DNA of 64,000 nucleotides from the human T2T-CHM13v2.0 reference genome, Homo sapiens, in assembly GCF_009914755.1 (NCBI RefSeq), contig NC_060933.1. One strand, 5' to 3'. Below the pieces are notes generated by a model. It was not told where the DNA came from and did not search any database. It saw nothing but the letters and a program-made list of their open reading frames with translations. The number at the start of each line of letters is the position of its first letter. Position 1 is the stretch's first letter. Both the position numbers and the translations under genes were made by a program. Of the stretch, positions 27,841 through 41,500 are shown piece after piece.

Positions 27841-27855
27841 ATTCCGGAAAATTCC
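27841..27855. promoter_or_regulatory. HSE motif variant aTTCc-gGAAa-aTTCc (copies at 50812 and 53642)
   Basis: attccggaaaattcc matches nTTCnnGAAnnTTCn. Confidence 0.45.
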
Positions 27856-29469
27856 ATTCCATTACATTCCATTTCATTCCATTCCCCTGCACTCGCGTTG
27901 ATTCCATTCCATTCCATTCCATTCCATTCCATTCCGTTCCGTTCCATTCCATTCCATTCCATTCCATTCCTTTCGGTTCCGTTCCATTCCATTCCATTCC
28001 ATTCTATTCCGGTTAATTCCATTCCATTCCATTCGATTGCAATCGAGTTGATTCCATTCCATTCCATTCCATTCCATTCCATTCCATTCCATTCCATTCC
28101 TTTCCATTCCATTACGGATGATTCCATTCCATTGTATTCCCTTCCAATCCATTCCCCTGTACTCGGGTTGATTCCATTCCATTCCATTCCAATCCATGCC
28201 ATTCCAGTCGTGTTGATTCCATTCTTTCCATTCCATTCAAGTTGAATCCATTCCATTGCATTCCACTCCATTCCATTCCCCTGCAGTCGGGTTGATTCCA
28301 TTCCATTCCATTCCATTCCATTCCTCTCCATTCCATTGCACTCGGGTTGATTCCATTCCATTGCATCCCATTCCATTCCATTCAATTCCATTCCGTTGCA
28401 TTCCATTCCATTACATTCGGATTGATTCTATTCAACTCCCTTACTCTCCATTGCATTCCATTCGATTCGTGTTGTTCCATTCCATTCCATTCCATTCCAC
28501 TCCATTCCATTGCACTCGGGTTTATTCCATTCCATTCCATTCCATTCCATTCCATTCCATTCCATTCCGGAAGATTCCATTCCATTTCATTCCATTCCAT
28601 TCCATTCCCCTGCACTCGCGTTGATTCCATTCCATTCCATTCCATTACAATCGAGTTGATTCCATTCCCTTCCATTCCATTCCAGTCCTTTCCATTCCAT
28701 TCCACTCGGGTTGATTCCATTCTATTACTTTCCATTCCACTCCATTCCCTTCCATTGTATTCGGGTTAATTCCATTCCATTCCATTCCATTCCATTCCAT
28801 TCCATTCCATTACAATCGAGTTGATTCCATTCCATTCCATTCCATTCCAGTCCTTTCCATTCCATTCCTCTCGGGTTGATTCCATTCTATTAGTTTCCAT
28901 TCCATTCCATTCCATTACAATCGAGTTGATTCCATTCCATTCCATTCCATTCCATTCCATTCCATTCCATTCCATTTCGTTCCATTCCATTCTATTCCGT
29001 AACATTCCATTCCATTCCATTCCATTCCATTCCATTCCATTCCATTCCATTCCATTCCATTGTACTCGGGTTGATTCCATTCCATTGCATTCCATTCCAT
29101 TCCATTCCATTCCATTCCGTTGCATTCCATTCCATTACATTCGGATTGATTCTATTCAACTCCCTTACTCTCCATTACATTCCATTCCATTCGGGTTGTT
29201 CCATTCCATTCCATTCCATTCCACTCCATTCCATTGCACTCGGGTTGATTCCATTCCATTCCATTCCATTCCATTCCATTCCGGATGATTCCATTCCATT
29301 GCATTCCGTTCCATTACATTCCCCTGCACTCGGGTTGATTCCATTCCATTCCATTCCATTCCATTCAATTTCATTCCATTACAATTCGTTGCATTCCTTT
29401 CTATTCCGTACCATTCCATTCCATTCCATACCAATCCATTCTATTCCATTCCATTCCATTCCATTCCAT

Positions 29470-30130
29470 TCCGTTCCATTCCGTTCCATTCCATTCCATT
29501 CCATTCTATTCGGGTTAATTCCATTCCATTCCATTCCATCCCATTCTATTACATTCCATTGCAATCGAGTTGAATCCATTGCATTTCATTCCATTCCATT
29601 CCATTCCAATCCATTCCGGAAGATTCCATTCCATTGCATTCCATTCCATTCCATTCCCCTGCACTCGAGTTGATTCCATTGCATTCCATTCCATTCCATT
29701 CCATTCCATTCCATTCCGTTCCGTTCCATTCCATTCCATTCCATTCCATTCCATTCCGTTCCGTTCCATTCCATTCCATTCCATTCCATTCCATTCCGTT
29801 CCATTCCGTTCCATTCCATTCCATTCCATTCTATTCGGGTTAATTCCATTCCATTCCAATCCATCCCATTCTATTACATTCCATTGCAATCGAGTTGAAT
29901 CCATTGCATTTCATTCCATTCCATTCCATTCCATTCCATTCCGGAAGATTCCATTCCATTGCATTCCATTCCATTCCATTCCCCTGCACTCGAGTTGATT
30001 CCATTGCATTCCATTCCATTCCATTCCATTCCATTCCATTCCATTCCGTTCCGTTCCATTCCATTCCATTCCATTCCATTCCATTCCATTCCGTTCCGTT
30101 CCATTCCATTCCATTCCATTCTATTCGGGT
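29470..30130 (+). repeat. 325-bp tandem duplication (also in copy B at ~54810-55470)
   Basis: ORFs 29515/29840 and 29570/29895 are offset by 325. The words ccatcccattctattacatt and cctgcactcgagttgattccattgc each occur twice. Confidence 0.85.
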
Positions 30131-30240
30131 TAATACCATTCCAATCCATTCGATTGCAATCGTGTTGACTCCATTCCATTCTATTCGGGTTAATACCATT
30201 CCAATCCATTCGATTGCAATCGTGTTGATTCCATTCCATT
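30111..30240 (+). repeat. 60-bp tandem duplication (also at ~55453-55582)
   Basis: The lines starting at 30121 and 30181 are identical except for one base (ctattcgggttaataccattccaatccattcgattgcaatcgtgttga[c/t]t). Confidence 0.95.
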
Positions 30241-32669
30241 CCATTCCATTCCATTCCATTCCATTCCTTTCCATTCCATTACGGATGATTCCATTCCATT
30301 GCATTCCATTCCATTCCATTCCCCTGTACTCGGGTTGATTCCATTCCATTGCATTCCAATGCATGCCCTTCCACTCGTGTTGATTCCATTCTTTCCATTC
30401 CATTCAAGTTGAATCCATTCCATTGCATTCCATTCCATTCGATTACATTCGATTGCACTCGGGTTGATTCCATTCCATTGCATTCCATTCCATTCCATTC
30501 CATTCCATTCCATTACATTCCGTTCCATTCCATTCCATTACATTCGGATTGATTCTGTTCAATTCCCTTACACTCCATTACATTCCATTCCATTCGGGTA
30601 GTTTCCATTCCATTCCATTCCATTCCTCTCCATTCCATTGCACTCGGGTTGATTCCATTCCATTGCATTCAATTCCATTCCATTCAGTTCCATTCCGTTC
30701 CATTCCATTCCATTGCATTCGGATTGATTCTATTCAACTCCCTTACTCTCCATTGCATTCCATTCCATTCGGGTTGTTCCATTCCATTCCATTCCATTCC
30801 ACTCCATTAAATTGCACTCGGGTTTATTCCATTCCATTCCATTCCATTCCATTCCATTCCGGAAGATTCCATTCCATTGCATTCCATTCCATTCCATTCC
30901 CCTGCACTCGCGTTGATTCCATTCCATTCCATTCCATTCCATTCCATTCCATTCCATTCCTTTCCGTTCCATTCCATTCCATTCCATTCCATTCCATTCC
31001 ATTCCATTCCGTTCCATTCCATTCCATTCCATTCTTTTCGGGTTAATTCCATTCCATTCCATTCCATTCCATTCCATTCCATTCCAATCGAGTTGATTCC
31101 ATTCCATTCCATTCCATTCTATTCCACTCCATTCCAGTCCTTTCCATTCCATTACACTCGGGTTGATACCATTCTATTCCTTTCCATTCCATTCCATTCC
31201 ATTGCAATCGAGTTGATTCCATTGCTTTGCATTCCATTCCATTGCATTCCATTCCGGATGATTCCATTCCATTGCATTCCATTCCATTCCATTCCCCTGC
31301 ACTAGGGTTGATTCCATTCCATTCCACTCCATTCCGTTCCATTCCATTCCATTCCTTTCCATTCCATTCCATTCCATTACAATCGAGTTGATTCCATTCC
31401 ATTCCATTCCATTCCATTCCATTCCATTCCAGTCCTTTCCATTCCACTCCACTCGGGTTGATTCCATTCTATTAGTTTCCATTCCATTCCATTCCCTTCC
31501 ATTCCACTCTGGTTGATTCCATTCTTTTCCATTCCACTCGAATACATTCCCTCCTATTCCACTCGGAACGATTCCATTCCATGCCATTCCATTCCATTCC
31601 ATTCCATTCCATTCCATTCCAGTTCGTTCCATTCCATTCTATTCCGTACCATTCCATTCCATTCCTTTCCATTCCATTCCTTTCCACTCGTGTTGATTCC
31701 ATTCCTTTCCATTCCATTCGGTTTGAAGGCATTCCATTCCATTCCATTCCATTCCATTCCATTCCATTCCATTCCATTCTATTCCATTCCATTGCAATCG
31801 AGTTAATCCATTGCCTTTCATTCCATTCCATTCCATTCCATTCCATTCCATTGTACTCGGGTTGATTAGATTCCATTGCATTCCATTCCATTCCATTCCA
31901 TTCCATTGCATTCCATTCCATTACATTCGGATTGATTCTATTCAACTCCCTTACTCTCCATTACATTCCATTCCATTCGGGTTGTTCCATTCCATTACAT
32001 TCCATTCCACTCCATTCCATTGCACTCGGGATGATTCCATTCCATTCCATTCCATTCCATTCCATTCCATTCCGGATGATTCCATTCCATTGCATTCCGT
32101 TCCATTACATTCCCCTGCACTCGCGTTGATTCCATTCCATTCCATTCCATTCCATTCCATTCCATTCCATTACAATTCGTTCCATTCCATTCTATTCCGT
32201 ACCATTCCATTGCATTCCATACCACTCCATTCCATTTGATTCCATTCCATTCCGTTCCATTCCATTCCATTCCGTTCCATTCCATTCCATTCCATTCTAT
32301 TCGGGTTAATTCCATTCCATTCCATTCCATTCCATTCTATTCCATTCCATTGCAATCGAATTGAATCCATTGCATTTCATTCCATTCCATTCCATTCCAT
32401 TCCATTCCGGAAGATTCCATTCCATTGCATTCCATTCCATTCCATTCCCCTGCACTCGCGTTGATTCCATTCTATCCCATTCCATTCCATTCCATTCCAT
32501 TCCATTCCGTTCCGTTCCGTTCCATTTGATTACATTCAGATTGATTCTATTCAATTCCCTTACACTCCATTACATTCCATTCCATTCGGGTTGTTTGCAT
32601 TCCATTCCATTCCATTCCACTCCATTCCATTGCCCTCGGGTTGATTCAATTGCATTCCATTCCTTTCCA

Positions 32670-35600
32670 TTCCACTCGAATACATCCCTTTCTAATCCAC
32701 TCGGAATGATTCCATTCCATTCCATTCCATTCCATTAAATTCCATTCCATTCCATTCCATTCCATATCATTCTATTCCATTCTATTCCGTACCATTCCAT
32801 TCCATTCCATTCCATTCCATTCCATTCCATTCCATTACATTCGGATTGATTCTTTTCAATTCCCTTACACTCCATTCCATTCCATTCCATTCGGGTAGAT
32901 TCCATTCCATTCCATTCCATTCCACTCCATTCCATTGCACTCGGGTTGATTGATTCCATTCCACTGCATTCCATTCCATTCCATTCCATTCCGGATGATT
33001 CCATTCCATTGCATTCCATTCCATTTCATTCCCCTGCACTCGGATTGATTACATTCCATTCCATTGCATTCCATTCCATTCCATTCCATTCCACTCCATT
33101 CGATTGCACTCGGGTTGATTCAATTGCATTCCATTCCTTTCCATTCCATTCCATTGCGGATGATTCCATTCCATTGCATTCCATTCCATTCCATTCGTAT
33201 GCACTCAGGCTGATTCCATTCCATTCCATTCCATTCCATTCCATGCCGTTCCATTCCATTCCATTTCAATGTAATAAAGTTGATTCCATTCCATTCCATT
33301 CCATTCCATTCCATTCCATTCCATTCCATTCCGTTCCATTGCATTTCATTACATTCAGATTGATTCTATTCAATTCCCTTACAATCCATTACATTCCATT
33401 CCATTCGGGTTGTTTGCATTCCATTACATTCCATTCCAGTCCATTCCATTGCCCTCGGGTTGATTCAATTGCATTCCATTCCTTTCCATTCCATTCCATT
33501 GCGGATGATTCCATTCCATAGCATTCCATTCCATTCCATTCCCCTGCACTGGGGTGGATTCCATTTCATTCCATTCCATTCCATTCCATTCCATTCCATT
33601 CTATTCGGGTTAATTCCATTCCATTCTATTCCATTCCATTCCATTCCATTCCATTCCATTCCATTCCATTTCATTCCATTCCGTTGCAATCGAGTTGATT
33701 CCATTCCATTCCATTCCATTCTATTCCATTCCATTCCATTGCATTCAATTCAATTCCGGTTGATTCCATTCCATTACATTAAATTCCATTCCAACCCCCT
33801 GCACTGGGGTTGATTCCATTCCATTCCATTCCATTCCATTCCGTTCCATTCCATTCCATTCGGGTTAATTCCATTCCATTCCATTCCATTCCATTCCATT
33901 CCATTCCATTCCATTCCATGCCATTCCACTAGGGTTGATTCCATTCCTTTGCATTCCATTCAGGTTGAATCCATTCCATTCCATTCCATTCCATTCCATT
34001 CCATTCCATTGCACTCGGGTTGATTCCATTCCATTCCATTCCAGTCCATTCCATTCCATTCCTTTCCATTCCATTCCATTCCGTTCCGTTCCATTCCATT
34101 TCATTACATTCAGATTGATTCTATTCAATTCCATTACACTCAATTATATTCCAATCCATTCTGATTGTTTCCATTCCATTCCACTCCATTTCACTCCATT
34201 CCATTGCATTCGGGTTGATTCCATTACATTCCATTCCATACCATTCCATTCCGGATGATTCCATTCCATTGTATTCCATTCCATTCCATTCAATTCGGGT
34301 TAATTCCATGCCATTCTATTCCATTCCATTCCATTCCATTCCATTGCAATCGAGTGGATTCCATTCCATTCCATTCCATTCCAGATGATTCCATTCCATT
34401 GCATTCCATTCCATTCCATTCTCCTGCACTCGGGTTGATTCCTTTCCATTCCATTCCATTCCATTCCGTTCCATTCCATTCCATTCCATTGCAATCGTGT
34501 TGATTCCATTCCATGCCATTCAATTCCATTCCATTCCAGTCGTTTCCATTCCTTTCCACTCGGGTTGTTTCCATTCTATTCCTTTCCATTCCATTCCATT
34601 CCCTTCCATTCCACTCTGGTTGAATCCATTCCTTTCCATTCCACTCGAATACATCCCTTTCTATTCCACTCGGAATGATTCCATTCCATTCCATTCCATT
34701 CCATTCCATTCCATTCCATTCCATATCATTCTATTCCATTCTATTCCTTACCATTCCATTCCAATCCATTCCATTCCATTCCATTCCATTACATTCGGAT
34801 TGATTCTTTTCACTTCTCTTACACTCCATTCCATTCCATTCCATTCGGGTAGATTCCATTCCATTCCATTCCATTCCACTCCATTCCATTGCACTCGGGT
34901 TGATTGATTTCATTGCACTGCATTCCATTCCATTCCATTCCATTCTGGATGATTCCATTCCATTGCATTCCAATCCATTCCATTCCCCTGCACTCGGATT
35001 GATTACATTCCATTCCATTGCATTCCATTCCATTTCATTCCATTCCACTCCATTCCATTGCACTCGGGTTGATTCAATTGCATTTCATTCCTTTCCATTC
35101 CATTCCATTGCGGATGATTCCATTCCATTGCATTCCATTCCATTCCATTCCTCTTCACTCATGTTGATTCCATTACATGATATTCCATTCCATTCCATTC
35201 CATTCCATTCCATTCCATTCCATTCCATTCCGTTCCATTCCATTCCATTTCAATGCAATAAAGTTGATTCCATTCCATTCCATTCCATTCCATTCCGTTC
35301 CATTCCATTTCATTACATTCAGATTGATTCTATTCAATTCCCTTACACTCCATTACATTCCATTCCATTCGCGTTGTTTGCATTCCATTCCATTCCATTC
35401 CACTCCATTCCATTGCCCTCGGGTTGATTCAATTGCATTCCATTCCTTTCCATTCCATTCCATTGCGGATGATTCCATTCCATTGCATTCCATTCCATTC
35501 CATTCCCCTGCACTGGGGTGGATTCCATTTCATTCCATTCCATTCCGTTCCGTTATATTCCATTCCATTCCATTCCATTCCTTTCCATTCTATTCGGGTT

Positions 35601-35790
35601 AATTCCATTCCATTCTATTCCATTCCATTCCATTCCATTCCATTCCATTGCAATCGAGTTGATTCCATTCCATTCCATTCCATTCTATTCCATTCCATTC
35701 CATTCTATTCCTTTCAATTCCGGTTGATTCCATTCCATTGCATTAAATTCCATTCCAACACCCTGCACTGGGGTTGATTCCATTCCATTC
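32670..35790 (+). repeat. Divergent sub-block with a ~1.96 kb internal period (repeated in copy B at ~57950-61070)
   Basis: Offsets of 1954-1964 (ORFs 32946/34900, 33460/35424). Paired words: tcgaatacatccctttcta, gggttgattgatt, tttcaatg(t/c)aataaagttg, cactggggtggatt, attaaattccattccaac(c/a)ccctg. Confidence 0.8.
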
Positions 35791-38569
35791 CTTTCCATTC
35801 CATTCCGTTCCATTCCATTGCACTCGGGTTGATTCCATTCCATTGCGTTCCATTCCATTCTATTCCATTCCATACCATTCCATTTCGTTCCACTCCATTC
35901 TATTCCGTATCATTCCATTCCATTCCATTCCATTCCATTCCATTCCATTCCATTGCACTCGTGTTCATTCCATTCCTTTCCATTCCATTCGGTTTGAAGG
36001 CATTCCATTCCATTCCATTCCATTCCATTCCATTCCATTCCATTCCATTCCATTCCATTCCATTGTACTCGGGTTGATTCCATTCCATTGCAGTCCATTC
36101 CATTCCATTACATTCCTTTCCGTTGCATTCCATTCCATTACATTCGGATTGATTCTATTCAACTCCCTTACTGTCCATTACATTCCATTCCATTAGGGTT
36201 GTTCCATTCCATTCCATTCCATTCCACTCAATTCCATTGCACTCGGGTTGATTCCATTCCATTCCATTCCATTCCATTCCATTCCGGATGATTCCATTCC
36301 ATTTCATTCCGTTCCATTACATTCCCCTGCACTCGCGTTGATTCCATTCCATTCCATTCAATTCCATTCCATTACAATTCGTTCCATTCCATTTTATTCC
36401 GTACCATTCCATTCCATTCCATTGCATTCCATTCCATTCCATTCCATTCCATTCCGTTCCATTCCATTTCATTACATTCAGATTGATACTATTCAATTCC
36501 CTTACACTCCATTATATTCCAATCCATTCTGGTTGTTTCCATTCCATTCCATTCCATTTCACTCCATTCCATTGCAATCGAGTTGATTCCATTCCATTCC
36601 ATTCCATTCCATTCCATTCCATTCCAGTCCTTTCCATTCCTTTCCATTCCATTACTGATGATTCCATTCCATTGCATTCCATTCCATTCCATTCCCCTGT
36701 ACTCGGGTTGATTCCATTCCATTGCATTCCAATCCATGCCCTTCCACTCGTGTTGATTCCATTCTTTCCATTCCATTCAAGTTGAATCCATTCCATTGCA
36801 TTCCATTCCATTCGATTCCATTCGATTGCACTCGGGTTGATTCCATTCCATTGCATTCCATTCCATTCCATTCCGTTCCATTCCATTTCATTACATTCAG
36901 ATTGATTCTATTCAGTTCCCTTACACTCCATTATATTCCAATCCATTCTGATTGTTTCCATTCCATTCCATTCCATTTCACTCCATTCCATTGCACTCGG
37001 GTTGATTCCATTCCATTCCATTCCATTCCATCCCATTCCGGATGATTCCATTCCATTGCATTCCGTTCCATTACATTACCCTGCACTCGGGTTGATTCCA
37101 TTCCATTCCATTCCATTCGATTCCATTCCATTCCTTTTCTTTCCATTCCATTCTATTCCGTACCATTCCATTCCATTCCATACAATTCCATTCCGTTCCA
37201 TTCCACTCCGTTCCGTTCCGTTCCGTTCCGTTCCATTCCATTCCATTCCATTCTATTCGGTTTAATTCCATTCCATTCCATTCCATTCCATTCTATTCCA
37301 TTCCATTGCAATCGAGTTGAATCCATTGCATTCCATTCCATTCCGTTCCATTCCATTCCATTCCATTCCGGAAGATTCCATTCCATTGCATTCCATTCCA
37401 TTCCATTCCATTCCATTCCATTCCATTCCATTCCATTGTACTTGGGTTGATTCCATTCCATTGCATTCCATTCCATTCCATTCCATTCCATTCCATTCCA
37501 TTCCGTTCCATTCCATTCCATTACATTCGGATTGATTCTTTTCAACTCCCTTACTCTCCATTACATTCCATTCCATTCGGGTTGTTCCATTCCATTCCAT
37601 TCCATTCCATTCCATTCCATTCCATTGCACTCGGGTTGATTCTATTCCATTCCATTCCATTCCATTCTGGATGATTCAATTCCATTGCATTCCGTTCCAT
37701 TACATTCCCCTGCACTCGGGTTGATTCCATTCCATTCCATTCCATTCCGTTCGTTTCCATTCCATTCCCCTGCACTCGCGTTGATTCCATTCCATTCCAT
37801 TCCATTCCATTCCATTCCATTCCATTCCAGTCCTTTCCATTCCATTCCCCTCGGGTTGATTCCATTCTATTAGTTTCCATTCCATTCCATTCCCTTCCAT
37901 TCCACTCTGGTTGATTCCATTCCTTTCCATTCCACTCGAATACATTCCCTCCTTTCCACTCGGAACGATTCCATTCCATTCCATTCCATTCCATTCCATT
38001 CCATTCCATTCCATTCTATTTCGTTCCATTCCATTCTATTCCGTATCATTCCATTCCATTCCATTCCATTCCATTCCATTCCATTCCACTCGTGTTGATT
38101 CCATTCCTTTCTATTCCATTCGGTTTGAAGGCATTCCATTCCATTCCATTCCATTCCATTCCATTCCATTGTACTCGGGTTGATTCCATTCCATTGCATT
38201 CCATTGCATTCCATTCCATTCCATTCCGTTACATTCCATTCCATTACATTCGGATTGATTCTATTCAACTCCCTTACTATCCATTACATTCCATTCCATT
38301 CGGGTTGTTCCATTCCATTCCATTCCATTCCACTCCATTCCCCTGCACTCGCGTTGATTCGATTCCATTCCATTCCATTCCATTCCATTCCATTCCATTC
38401 CATTCCATTCCGTTCCGTTCCATTCCATTCCATTCCATTCCATTCCATTCCGTTCCGTTCCATTCCATTCCATTCCATTCTATTCGGGTTAATTCCATTC
38501 CATTCCATTCGATTGCAATCGAGTTGATTCCATTCCATTGCATTCCATTCCATTCCATTCCATTCCATT

Positions 38570-41500
38570 CCATTCCGTTCCATTCCATTGTACTCGATTT
38601 GATTCCATTCCATTGAATTCCATTCCATTCCATTCCATTCCATTCCGTTCCATTCCATTCCATTACATTCGGATTGATTCATTTCAACTCCCTTACTCTC
38701 CATTACATTCCATTCCATTCGGGTTGTTCCATTCCATTCCATTCCATTCCATTCCATTCCATTCCAGTCCTTTCCATTCCATTCCACTCGGGTTGATTCC
38801 ATTCTATTAGTTTCCATTCCATTCCATTCCCTTCCATTCCACTCTGGTTGATTCCATTCCTTTCCATTCCACTCGAATGCATTCCCTCCTTTCCACTCGG
38901 AACGATTCCATTCCATTCCATTCCATTCCATTCCATTCTATTTCGTTCCATTCCATTCTATTCCATATCATTCCTTTCCATTCCATTCCATTCCATTCCA
39001 TTCCATTCCTTTCCATTCCACTCGTGTTGATTCCATTGCTGTCTATTCCATTCGGTTTGAAGGCATTCCATTCCATTCCATTCCATTCCATTCCATTCCA
39101 TTCCATTCCATTCCATTCCATTAGACTCGGGTTGATTCCATTCCATTGCATTGCATTCCATTCCATTCCATTCCATTCCGTTGCATTCCATTCCATTACA
39201 TTCGGATTGATTCTATTCAACTCCCTTACTCTCCATTACATTCCATTCCATTCGGGTTGTTCCATTCCATTTCATTCCATTCCACTCCATTCCCCTGCAC
39301 TCGCTTTGATTCCATTCCATTCCATTCCATTCCATTCCATTCCATTCCGTTCCGTTCCATTCCATTCCATTCCATTCCATTCCATTCCATTCCGTTCCGT
39401 TCCATTCCATTCCATTCTATTCGGGTTAATTCCATTCCATTCCATTCGATTGCAATCGAGTTGATTCCATTCCATTTCATTCCATTCCATTCCATTCCAT
39501 TCCATACCATTCCTTTCCATTCCATTACGGATGATTCCATTCCATTGCATTCCATTCCATTCCATTCCCCTGCACTCGCGTTGATTCCATTCCATTCCAT
39601 TCCATTCCATTCCATTCCATTCCATTCCGTTCCGTTCCGTTCCGTTCCGTTCCGTTCCATTCCATTCCATTCCATTCCATTCCGTTCCGTTCCATTCCAT
39701 TACATTCGGATTGATTATATTCAATTCCCTCACACTCCATTACATTCCATTCCATTCGGGTAGTTTCCATTCCATTCCATTCCATTCCTCTCCATTCCAT
39801 TGTACTCGGGTTGATTCCATTCCATTGCATTACATTCCATTCCATTCAATTCCTTTCCGTTCCATTCCATTCCATTACATTCAGATTGATTCTGTTCAAC
39901 TCCCTTACTCTCCATTATATTCCATTCCATTCGGGTTGTTCCATTCCATTCCATTCCATTCCACTCCATTCCATTGCACTCGGGTTTATTCCATTCCATT
40001 CCATTCCATTCCATTCCATTCAATTCCATTCCATTACAATTCGTTCCATTCCATTCTATTCCGTACCATTCCATTCGATTCCATACCATTCAATTCCATT
40101 CCATTACGTTCCATTCCGTTCCATTCCATACCATTCCATTCTATTCGGATTAATTCCATTCCATTCCATTCCATTCTATTCCATTCCATTGCAATCGAGT
40201 TGAATCCGTTGCATTTCATTCCATTCCAATCCATTCCATTCCATTCCGGAAGATTCCATTCCATTGCATTCCATTCCATTCCATTCCCCTGCACTCGCGT
40301 TGATTCCATTCCATTCCATTCCATTCCATTCCATTCCGTTCCGTTCCGTTCCATTCCTTTCCATTCCATTCCGTTCCGTTCCATTCCATTCCATTCCATT
40401 CTATTCTGGTTAATTCCATTCCATTCCATTCGATTGCAATCGAGTTGATTCCATTCCATTCCATTCCATTCCATTCCATTCCATTCCATTCCATTCCTTT
40501 CCATTACATTACGGATGATTCCATTCCATTGCATTCCATTCCATTCCATTCCCCTGTACTCGGGTTGATTCCATTCCATTCCATTCCAATCCATGCCATT
40601 CCACTCGTGTTGATTCCATTCTTTCCATTCCATTCAAGTTGAATCCATTCCATTGCATTCCATTCCATTCGATTCCATTCGATTGCACTCGGGTTGATTC
40701 CATTCCATTGCATTCCATTCCATTCCATTCCATTCCATTCCATTCCATTCCATTCCGTTCCATTCCATTTCATTACATTCAGATTGATACTATTCAATTC
40801 CCTTACACTGCATTATATTCCAATCCATTCTGGTTGTTTCCATTTCATTCCATTCCATTTCACTCCATTCCATTGCACTCGGGTTGATTCCATTCCATTC
40901 CATTCCATTGCATTCCATTCCATTCCATTCCGGATGATTCCATTCCATTGCATTCCATTCCATTCCATTACATTCCGTTCCATTCCATTCCATTCCATTC
41001 GGATTGATTCTATTCAATTCCCTTACACTCCATTACATTCCATTCCATTCGGGTAGTTTCCATTCCATTCCATTCCATTCTTCTCCATTCTATTGCACTC
41101 GGGTTGATTCCATTCCATTCCATTCCATTCCATTCCATTCCATTACATTACATTACATTACATTCCGTTCCATTGTACTCGGGTTGATTCCATTCCATTT
41201 CATTCCATTCCATTCCATTCCATTCCATTCCGTTCCATTCCATTACATTCGGATTGATTCTATACAACTCCCTTACTCTCCATTACATTCCATTCCATTC
41301 GGGTTGTTCCATTCCATTCCATTCCATTCCACTCCATTCCATTGCACACGGGTTGATTCCATTCCATTCCATTCCATTCCATTCCATTCCATTGCGTTCC
41401 ATCCCATTCCGGATGATTCCATTCCATTGCATTCCGTTCCATTACATTACCCTGCACTCGGGTTGATTCCATTCCATTCCATTCCATCCCATTCGATTCC

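Noticed and set aside
36193-36198. Telomeric TTAGGG (also 61470)
   Set aside because: A single hexamer produced by a C>A change in ttcggg; no tandem copies.
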